In this document: in pieces, positions 37,864 through 45,441 of the stretch | Position numbering within the stretch: the first letter of the stretch is position 1 | Layout: each line of letters begins with the position of its first letter | DNA from: Pyrinomonadaceae bacterium | Lineage (GTDB): Bacteria; Acidobacteriota; Blastocatellia; Pyrinomonadales; Pyrinomonadaceae | NCBI GenBank assembly: GCA_041743485.1 | Contig: JBGTMR010000184.1 | Location: forward strand, 4,242-68,241 | Direction of reading: 5' to 3' | Length of the DNA: 64,000 nt | The notes under the pieces: generated by a model | Seen by the model: only the letters and a program-made list of their open reading frames with translations | The model's database searches: none | What the model was told of the DNA's origin: nothing | Position numbers and translations under genes: made by a program

Positions 37864-38166
37864 CCTTACGATGTCACAATCTCCGAAGAAGATACCGACC
37901 TACACCTCACGTCACAATGCGTCCAAACATAAAAAGTTTCGCTGGACACACGATGTCCGATTGGCGTGCGTGCTGTTCGGGTTTGTAGTCGGAGAACATA
38001 AAAACCCGGCATCATCGCTAAAATGACACCGGGTCTTTGCTGACAACACATCCTCTACCGCATCCCTGCGTTATAGAATGCCTCGCCTGAACAGCACGCA
38101 TTTTAGCGCGACGGCGGTGGTAGTTTCAACCCTGAGAATCTCAGGGAGCAGCTAGGAGAAACCAAA

Positions 38167-40149
38167 ATGAAACACAGACCGTTAGTTGCAAACACATTAG
38201 CGTTTGCGATGGGGGCGGGCTTGCTGATCGCAGGCTTACCGTTCTCGCCGCAGACCACGACACGCGCCGCCGATCACCGCGACTCTTCAGTAAATGACGC
38301 GAGACCAGAGGGCGATTTCCCGGACGTTTTCGCACATGTCAGCCCGGATGACCAGAGCAAACTCGTGTTGAGCGTCAATACCAACCCGTTCGCCAATCCG
38401 AGCGAAATAGGGAGCTACCGCTTCGCGGCGGATTACCTTTATCAGATTAAGATTGACAACAACGGCGATGCCGTGCCTGACTACGTTGTCCAGTTCACCT
38501 TCGATAACAGTTCACAGCAAGTCTACGAGGTGAGAGCCGGACGACCCAACAGCCCGCACAGCCCGCGACTCTCGCCCGTCGTGGATACGCTGCTCAACGT
38601 CGAGCCGATCTGCAAAGCAATCACCTATCACGGCGGCGTGAACGGCGACGACTCGCCTGCGGTTCAGCCGCTGCCGGAAGCCAGCCCGACACCGGCACCC
38701 AGCCCGACACCGACGCCTAATCCCGCCGGTGGTCGCGAACCGGTAGCCGGACGCGACGGCGCGCGATGCTTCGTCGGTATTCGTGACGATCCATTCGTCA
38801 CCGATGTCGGTCAAGCGGTCTTCCGCATCGGTCTCAACCCGAATCCGCGCCGCAACTTCAACAATCACGAGCAGGAAGTGTTTCGTCAAAACACCGATGG
38901 CGGATTTCCTCTCACCTCGTTCGGTCCCACTCGCGGTCGTCCGAACGATCCCGCCGACCTTAACAGTGGACTTGACGGCTTCGGCGGCTTCAATGCGTCG
39001 GTGATGTCTGTCGAAATACCGAAGTCGTGGGTCAGAGGCACGGGTTTCGCCGCGATGGGTCCGGCTGTGCCGGATGCGCTCGACGCCGACGGCGACGGTA
39101 ATACCAACGAGCAGTTGGCGGCGAACACGATTCCCGCCGTTCCCGGCGGCATCGGCGTGTGGGCGACAGCCAGCATCGCCAAGAGCGACAACGGCAACGA
39201 GCGCATCGTGGCGAAACAGGGTGAGAAGGGCGGCATCTCATCGAGTTTTCAACAATTCGAGCGCATGGGGCAGCAGCTATTCAACACCGTCTGGATTTGG
39301 AGACAACCGCCGACCAACACGGTCAGCAATTTCCCCAACCTGACGGATGGTGAAATCAAGAACTTCTACAACCAACTGGCTCCCGAACACGATGTGGAGA
39401 ACTTCGGCTACTTGATTCCCGATGCGTTAGTCGCCGTCCCACAGTTTGGCGAAGACAGCATTCAGGAACGAAGATCGATTCTTACGACAGGCGGCTTCAC
39501 CACACCGGGATTCGGAACAGCTTATCTGCTCGATCAGTTACCGGCTCCTTTCAACGCGATACGAAGCGCGAATCCTGATAAGCGTCTGCTTCAGAGGCTG
39601 CTTCTTCCCGACTATCTGCGCCTCGATTTGGATCGCCAGTCGAGCGTCTCACCCGCATTGCCCGGCGCGCAGGCGTCGAACAACGGCGGCAACGACCTCG
39701 GTCTTCTTCAGTTCGGCTTGCAAAACGGACGCCGGACTGCGGACGACGTAACGGACATCTTGCTCCGTTTCGCTCGTGAATTAGCCGACGTATGTTACAC
39801 ACCCGCCGGAGAAACCGCCGCCGGGCGTCGTTGTCTGCGTGGCGTGTCGTCGGCATTTCCTGCGACGCCTCCGGGCATCATCTCGGATTCGCGCGTCACG
39901 GCGGTTCTGCAAGGCACGGACTTCATCGAGCCGGACATCAACCCTGACCCGCTTGACCCGCTCGGTGCCATCAACAACACGGCGAACAGCGGAAACGACC
40001 GCCTTTTGAATACAGAGTTCCCGTACTTCGCTTCACAACATCCGCAGCCGGGTGAGACTTTTGAAGATACGACCGGCTTCCCACGCGCGGCTGATCCGGC
40101 GATAGTCGTCTTTGGCGGCAGAGCCAATGACACGCAGATTAACCGCTAA
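38167..40149 (+). CDS. DUF4331-family secreted protein
   Basis: Signal peptide, then ADHRDSS...DFPDVFAHVSPDD...YLYQIKIDNNGDAVPDYVVQFTF. This is the same N-terminal pattern as the 578-aa protein at 50711-52447 (ANHREAP...DITDYFSFVSYDD...ILYEIKIDNNQDAIEDVTFQFRF). It fits DUF4331 (PF14224) as I recall it. Confidence 0.8.
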   Translation: MKHRPLVANTLAFAMGAGLLIAGLPFSPQTTTRAADHRDSSVNDARPEGDFPDVFAHVSPDDQSKLVLSVNTNPFANPSEIGSYRFAADYLYQIKIDNNGDAVPDYVVQFTFDNSSQQVYEVRAGRPNSPHSPRLSPVVDTLLNVEPICKAITYHGGVNGDDSPAVQPLPEASPTPAPSPTPTPNPAGGREPVAGRDGARCFVGIRDDPFVTDVGQAVFRIGLNPNPRRNFNNHEQEVFRQNTDGGFPLTSFGPTRGRPNDPADLNSGLDGFGGFNASVMSVEIPKSWVRGTGFAAMGPAVPDALDADGDGNTNEQLAANTIPAVPGGIGVWATASIAKSDNGNERIVAKQGEKGGISSSFQQFERMGQQLFNTVWIWRQPPTNTVSNFPNLTDGEIKNFYNQLAPEHDVENFGYLIPDALVAVPQFGEDSIQERRSILTTGGFTTPGFGTAYLLDQLPAPFNAIRSANPDKRLLQRLLLPDYLRLDLDRQSSVSPALPGAQASNNGGNDLGLLQFGLQNGRRTADDVTDILLRFARELADVCYTPAGETAAGRRCLRGVSSAFPATPPGIISDSRVTAVLQGTDFIEPDINPDPLDPLGAINNTANSGNDRLLNTEFPYFASQHPQPGETFEDTTGFPRAADPAIVVFGGRANDTQINR

Positions 40150-40255
40150 CGACCGCTTCGATATAATTTTAGTACGTCGAAGTTAAACACACGGGAAGGG
40201 CTTCTTTGAGCCGCAGGCTACCGAAGCCCTTCCCCTTAACTAACAAGGGTCGGAA

Positions 40256-41407
40256 ATGATGAAAAAATTTCTGCTCTCGATTCTCTCTCTCGCCTTGTTC
40301 TCCATCCTCGTCGGAGCGGCTTACATCTTCGCTCCGTTTAAGATGCGAGAGTCAATCAACGGCGGGGCAGTTTCAACTCATAACACTAACGAGGCAAGTG
40401 CGGTCGGACACCGTTCGCTGCAAACCCGAATGGTGGTTTTTCACGAATCCCGCATCGCCAACCAGCCGAAGGATGCGGAAGCCTACCGCTCTCTCGCCCT
40501 CGCGTTAATCACTCGCGGCGAAACGACCGGCGAACCCGCCGATTACGACCACGCATGGACTGAACTCGATCACGCCGAGACGATTGAACCGCGCGATCTT
40601 CGCACAGTCCGCGCACGGGCGAAGCTGTTGCAGTCGCGGCATCGTTTCGGGAACGCCCGATTCGTCGCCGAACAAGGATTGAAAAAAGATGCGGAAGACA
40701 CCGACCTGATCGTAACGGCAGGCAACGCCGCACTTGCGATGGGAGATTTCGACGGAGCCGAAGCCCACTTTCAAAAGCTCGTCACCCTCGCCCCCAAATC
40801 GCAGACGGCGTGGGCGAGTTTCTCCTATCTCGCGGAGATGCGCGGCAACCTCGACGAAGCCGCCGCGATGATGGAAAAAGCTCTGGAAACCGGATATAAG
40901 AAGAACGTCAACTTCGCAACCCGCGCGTGGCTGCACACCATCTTAGGCGAAATCGAAGCGAAGCGCGGCAAACTCGATGTCGCGGCTACCCATTACAAAC
41001 TCGCTCTGAAGAATGTTCCCGATTATCGTCTCGCGTTGGAGTTCACAGCCGACATGGATTTGTGGCAAGGTAATCTCAAATCGGCGGAAGAAGGCTACCG
41101 CAATCTCCTCGCAAAGCAATTCGACCCGAAGATACAGCTTCGTCTCTCAGACCTTCTCGAACGTCAGGGGAACAAGGATGAAGCGGCGCGTTTGCGCGAC
41201 GAAAGTTTGCGCTTTTACGAGCGCGTCGTCGCGGGCGGCAACGAAGGATACTTGCGAGATTTGGCGACCCTCGACCTCGCCGCCGGACGATACGGGCGGG
41301 CGGCGGAACTCGCGCGGCGTGATGTCGTTTTGCGCCCGACGATGGAAAGTCGGATGCTTTACGCGAGCGTACTCAAGAAAGCGGAAGCGGCGGGTGTGTC
41401 GCTTTAG
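40256..41407 (+). CDS. membrane-anchored TPR-repeat protein
   Basis: N-terminal TM segment (FLLSILSLALFSILVGAAYIF) followed by a TPR array. Confidence 0.8.
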   Translation: MMKKFLLSILSLALFSILVGAAYIFAPFKMRESINGGAVSTHNTNEASAVGHRSLQTRMVVFHESRIANQPKDAEAYRSLALALITRGETTGEPADYDHAWTELDHAETIEPRDLRTVRARAKLLQSRHRFGNARFVAEQGLKKDAEDTDLIVTAGNAALAMGDFDGAEAHFQKLVTLAPKSQTAWASFSYLAEMRGNLDEAAAMMEKALETGYKKNVNFATRAWLHTILGEIEAKRGKLDVAATHYKLALKNVPDYRLALEFTADMDLWQGNLKSAEEGYRNLLAKQFDPKIQLRLSDLLERQGNKDEAARLRDESLRFYERVVAGGNEGYLRDLATLDLAAGRYGRAAELARRDVVLRPTMESRMLYASVLKKAEAAGVSL

Positions 41408-41511
41408 CCGAACAGGAATAATTAAAGCAACGGCGGTGATTTATAAGTAATCCCGGTTCTCGCACCCTTCGGTTTAACTCGAATTTTCCGAAGTCCGCAT
41501 TAAGGAATTCA

Positions 41512-43914
41512 ATGAAAAGTATTCGCCAAGCTTCAATTCGCCCGCGCATCACGTCGTCGCTAGTCTTGGCGGTATTCCTCATCATTGGCTTCGCAGGCGC
41601 GGCAATCGCGCACCCGCTCGGAAACTTCACCATCAATCATTTCGCCCGTTTAGAGGTTGGCGACGAACGTATAAACATCCGCTTCGTCGTTGACATGGCG
41701 GAAATCCCCACGCTTCAGGAGATGCAGACGATGAACGCGGGGGCGGACGGCTCTCCGTCAAACGCGGAACTCGACGCTTATCTGGCGCGCGTCTCGACAG
41801 GATATGCCGACGGATTGCGGCTCACCGTTGACGGCAAACGCATTCCTCTCCAAATCGCCGCGCAGAGAATCGCCACGTTGACGGGCGACGGCGGGTTGCC
41901 GACCTTGCGCGTCGAATGCGACCTCACCGGCATAATTCCCGCCGGAAGCACAGACGCCGCCCACCGCTTAAAATTTGAAGACACGAATCATCCTACTCGT
42001 ATCGGCTGGCACGAAATCATCGTCGCTCCGACAACCGGAATTTCAATCTTTAACACTTATGCTTTCGCCGACGGCATTTCCGACGAACTCAAAGCCTATC
42101 CGAAAGATTTAATCATCGCCCCGCTCAGCGAACGCATTGCCGAACTGCAATTCACGCAAGGCGACGCACCGGCGGGAGCGAGTCGGCTTCGGACGCGCGG
42201 CGGCATACTCGCCACCGCGTCAAGTATGCGAAACACCGATGCGTCGCGCGCGAATACCGCGACGGGCGCGGCGGAAAACGGCGCGGCAACGAAAGCACGC
42301 GACCGCTTCGCCGAATTGTTGGACGTAAAGGAACTGACCTTGCCCGCCGCCCTGCTCGGCTTGCTCATCGCCGCTTTTCTCGGCGCGGCGCATTCCTTTT
42401 CGCCCGGTCACGGTAAAACCGTCGTCGGTGCTTATCTCGTCGGTTCGCGCGGGACGTGGCGGCACGCCGCTTTCTTGGGCGCGACCGTCACCATCACGCA
42501 CACACTCGGCGTTTTCGCACTCGGCATCGTGACGCTTTTCGCTTCGCAATACATCGTCCCCGAACGCCTCATACCGATTCTCAGTTTCGTCTCCGGGGCG
42601 ATAGTTTTACTTATCGGCTTGAGTCTCTTCATCAAACGTCTGCGCTCGGTGCTGGGTCTTCAATCGGTTTCTCATTTCCACACGCATGACGGACTCACGC
42701 GCGAACATGATGATGTCCACTTGCGTGATAATCACCACGACGATATAGACCCCGCGCTGATGCATTCGCACGGCGGCGGCGTCGCGCACTCGCACCTGCC
42801 GCCGGGAGCCGACGGCGTACCCGTGACGTGGCGCAGTCTGCTCGGATTGGGAATCTCCGGCGGTCTCGTGCCTTGCCCGTCGGCACTCGTCGTGCTGCTC
42901 TCGGCTATCACGCTCAACCGCACGGGCTACGGCTTACTGCTCGTCACCTCGTTCAGTCTCGGACTCGCGGCAACGCTCACAGCCATCGGCTTGGTTTTCG
43001 TTTATGCCGGACAGTGGATGAAGGAGCGCGCGGGCGTCGAGCGTTTCCAGACGTGGGGGCGCGTGCTTCCGACGTTCAGTGCCTTCGTCATCGTATGCGT
43101 CGGGGCAATACTCTGTTACGAAGCGTTGACGCAAGCCGGAATGGTGACATTCTCGGCGGGGCGTCTCGGCGAACTGTTCACGAGTTCGGTATCGTCCGCG
43201 AGTTCGCTTTCGACCGCATCGGTTCTCTTTTTCGGCTTCGGCTTGGGACTCAAACACGCGGTCGAAGCCGACCATCTCGCGGCGGTTTCGGCAATTGTCA
43301 GTGAACGGAAAAGCCTGCTCAGTTCGTCGCTCATCGGCGGACTGTGGGGCATCGGTCACACCATCTCGCTGTTTGCGGTCGGCGTCGTCGTCATTCTGCT
43401 TCACGTCGAAATCAGTGAGCGAACGGCACAGGCACTCGAATTCGGCGTCGCCATCATGCTCGTCGCGCTCGGCGTCAACGCCCTCAACAAAATTGTCAGA
43501 GGCAAATTTCACACGCACCCTCACGAACACGGCGACCGCGCCCACATTCATCCGCACCTCCACGACGGCACGCCCGAACCCGATTCAAACACGCATCACG
43601 GCTACCGCATCGGCAAACGTCCGCTCATTATCGGCATGGTTCACGGATTGGCGGGAAGTGCGGCGTTGATGCTGCTCGTACTTTCAACCATCTCCACGCC
43701 GCTCGTCGGACTCCTCTACATCATCATTTTCGGCATCGGCTCAATCGGCGGAATGATATTGATGAGTACGCTGGTCGGGCTGCCGCTAAGTCTGACGGCG
43801 AACAGTTCCGCCCGCGCGAATCTCGCCATACGCGGGGCGGCGGGATTGTTCAGTTTAGGCTTCGGCTTGTTCATGGTCTATGAAATCGGCTTTGTCGGAG
43901 GTCTCTTTCGCTAG
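41512..43914 (+). CDS. three-module membrane protein: periplasmic HPLGNF domain + RcnA/NicO-like domain with a His-rich loop + second NiCoT-like (HX4DH) domain
   Basis: Signal peptide ...GAAIA|HPLGNFTINHF. The sequence FSPGHGKTVVGAYLVGSRGTWRHA...THTLGV, followed by the loop HFHTHDGLTREHDDVHLRDNHHDDIDPALMHSHGGGVAHSH, is RcnA-like. LGLKHAVEADHLAAV matches the NiCoT HX4DH signature and is followed by a second His loop, HTHPHEHGDRAHIHPHLHD. Confidence 0.8.
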   Translation: MKSIRQASIRPRITSSLVLAVFLIIGFAGAAIAHPLGNFTINHFARLEVGDERINIRFVVDMAEIPTLQEMQTMNAGADGSPSNAELDAYLARVSTGYADGLRLTVDGKRIPLQIAAQRIATLTGDGGLPTLRVECDLTGIIPAGSTDAAHRLKFEDTNHPTRIGWHEIIVAPTTGISIFNTYAFADGISDELKAYPKDLIIAPLSERIAELQFTQGDAPAGASRLRTRGGILATASSMRNTDASRANTATGAAENGAATKARDRFAELLDVKELTLPAALLGLLIAAFLGAAHSFSPGHGKTVVGAYLVGSRGTWRHAAFLGATVTITHTLGVFALGIVTLFASQYIVPERLIPILSFVSGAIVLLIGLSLFIKRLRSVLGLQSVSHFHTHDGLTREHDDVHLRDNHHDDIDPALMHSHGGGVAHSHLPPGADGVPVTWRSLLGLGISGGLVPCPSALVVLLSAITLNRTGYGLLLVTSFSLGLAATLTAIGLVFVYAGQWMKERAGVERFQTWGRVLPTFSAFVIVCVGAILCYEALTQAGMVTFSAGRLGELFTSSVSSASSLSTASVLFFGFGLGLKHAVEADHLAAVSAIVSERKSLLSSSLIGGLWGIGHTISLFAVGVVVILLHVEISERTAQALEFGVAIMLVALGVNALNKIVRGKFHTHPHEHGDRAHIHPHLHDGTPEPDSNTHHGYRIGKRPLIIGMVHGLAGSAALMLLVLSTISTPLVGLLYIIIFGIGSIGGMILMSTLVGLPLSLTANSSARANLAIRGAAGLFSLGFGLFMVYEIGFVGGLFR

Positions 43915-43957
43915 CAGGTATCCGACTTAGGAAGGAAAAAAGAAAAGGAGAAAGCAT

Positions 43958-44650
43958 ATGAAACGAAGCATTACACTGATTGTCGGCTGTCTTTTGACGG
44001 CATGTCTCATCGGCAGCGTCTGGTTCATGGGAACTGCCCAGGTTGTCAGCACTGCGAAGCGCGGCGCGCAGGACAACTCTCGCGCTCCTGTGCTGCGCGC
44101 CCGTGCAATCTTGCGTGGCGTGCCCGGCTCCGGCATCGCAGGCGTGGTCACTTTCACGCAAAGGAGCGAGGATTCGCCGGAGCCGGGCGTGGATGTCGTG
44201 GCGCGGGTCATCGGTCGGTTGGGAGATTTGCGCCCCGGTCGCCATGGGATGCACATTCATGAGTTTGCGCGGTGCGAACCGCCCAGTTTTGATAGCGCGG
44301 GCGGACACTTTGATCCCGGTATGTTCGGTAATTCAACTCCGGTGGACTTGAATCATCCGTTCCATATGGGCGACATCCCTAATCTCATAGTCAACAGAGT
44401 CCGCAACTTTAGTGTAGGAAAGCTCAAACATCAGACGAGCCGAATCACGCTTTCGGACGGACCCCTCAGTGTGTTTGATACGGACGGCAGCGCGGTTATT
44501 CTTCACTTAAACGAAGACCGTGGTGAGCCCGGCGTTACGGGCGCATCGGGTGGTGCGCGGATCGCCTGCGGCGTTATCGAGCGTGTCACCGGCGAACACA
44601 GTTCCGATGACATGGATGATCTAAGCAATATAGATGATCTAAGCAATTAG
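43958..44650 (+). CDS. sodC: Cu/Zn superoxide dismutase-family lipoprotein
   Basis: Lipobox LLTAC. HGMHIHEF, GGHFDPG, HMGDIPNL and GARIACGVIE are the SodC metal-ligand and disulfide pattern. Confidence 0.85.
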   Translation: MKRSITLIVGCLLTACLIGSVWFMGTAQVVSTAKRGAQDNSRAPVLRARAILRGVPGSGIAGVVTFTQRSEDSPEPGVDVVARVIGRLGDLRPGRHGMHIHEFARCEPPSFDSAGGHFDPGMFGNSTPVDLNHPFHMGDIPNLIVNRVRNFSVGKLKHQTSRITLSDGPLSVFDTDGSAVILHLNEDRGEPGVTGASGGARIACGVIERVTGEHSSDDMDDLSNIDDLSN

Positions 44651-44703
44651 GCATCTTAAACTTCGTTGTTCAAAATTTTTGATACCCGGAAAGGAATCTT
44701 CAA

Positions 44704-44907
44704 ATGGCAGAGCATACGCACACGCATACTCACGAGGAAGTCACGCACACGCACGAACATACGCATGACGATCCGCAACACGCGCACACTCATCCGGGAG
44801 GAGACGAACCGCACACGCACGAACACACGCATCCCGCGACGACTCACACGCATGAGCATGAGCAGGGCGAACACCACGAACATAATCACGTCGAGCAACA
44901 ATCTTGA
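44704..44907 (+). CDS. histidine-rich small protein (22 His in 67 aa)
   Basis: MAEHTHTHTHEEVTHTHEHTHDDPQHAHTHPGGDEPHTHEHTHPATTHTHEHEQGEHHEHNHVEQQS. An AAGGA RBS lies about 10 nt upstream. No signal peptide and no Cys. Confidence 0.7.
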   Translation: MAEHTHTHTHEEVTHTHEHTHDDPQHAHTHPGGDEPHTHEHTHPATTHTHEHEQGEHHEHNHVEQQS

Positions 44908-44928
44908 ATCGAGAAGTTTTCGTCGCAC

Positions 44929-44957
44929 GTTCGGGCGCATTGACCTTGCGCCCGAAC
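44929..44957 (+). terminator. stem-loop downstream of the His-rich gene (possible terminator, no T-tract)
   Basis: GTTCGGGCGC (44929-38) pairs with GCGCCCGAAC (44948-57) across a 9-nt loop. Confidence 0.35.
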
Positions 44958-45084
44958 GCTCTGCGGCTTAAGGAGCGAAATCAAATGAGTGCATCGCCAG
45001 TACATATCACACGCTGTCTCGAAAGCGTTTTTATGCGCGCAGGCGTGCTACGAATTGCAAAATCGTGTGAACGAACGGGGTAAC

Positions 45085-45330
45085 TGAAGCCTGTGCATAA
45101 ATCATCGCGTAGCGATGAGATGAATTTAGCCGTGCGTTTCAACGCACGGAAAACGGAACAACCGAATCGGCGTCGCGGCAGCGAAGATTGAAAAAACGCC
45201 GGTCAGGTTCAATCGTCGCTGCCGCGACGACGGATATTGTCATCGTCTCCCGTGCGTTAAAACGCACGGCTAAATTCACGGCATCGCTCACGCGATGAAA
45301 ACAAAGCAACTTTAATTTGCACAGGCTTCA
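45085..45330. mobile_element. MITE-like 246-bp palindromic element with a 6-bp target-site duplication
   Basis: Perfect 13-bp terminal inverted repeats, TGAAGCCTGTGCA (45085-45097) and TGCACAGGCTTCA (45318-45330). Flanked on both sides by GGTAAC (45079-45084 and 45331-45336). The arms are largely reverse-complementary (for example CCGTGCGTTTCAACGCACGG and CCGTGCGTTAAAACGCACGG). No ORF. Confidence 0.8.
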
Positions 45331-45441
45331 GGTAACTAAGAGCTAGGTACACCGTCTCTCAATCGAATCTGAAACGAAGTCGAAGCGCGGGGTGTGTTGT
45401 TGACGGAAAGAAACCGCACCGTTCATTTGAGGAGTAAAACC

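Noticed and set aside
37790-38026. 78-aa ORF in the leader before DUF4331 no. 1
   Set aside because: It has no RBS, its composition is not protein-like, and it overlaps the sigma54-like element. I treat it as non-coding.
38024-38040. TGACAC-N..-TTGC sigma54-like element closer to the DUF4331 start
   Set aside because: GA replaces GG at -24, and the distance to the GC of TTGC is 12 nt instead of 10.
44656-44971. ORFs 44656-44940 (-) and 44666-44971 (+) overlapping the His-rich gene
   Set aside because: They are alternative-frame or antisense readings of the CAC/ACG-repeat DNA and give Arg/Thr/Met-rich nonsense. Only the 44704-44907 frame has an RBS and a coherent composition.
45085-45330. 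Palindromic structured region considered as a riboswitch or sRNA controlling the TonB receptor gene
   Set aside because: Perfect terminal inverted repeats plus a 6-bp direct duplication (GGTAAC) are better explained by a MITE insertion. I could not match it to any riboswitch consensus from memory.
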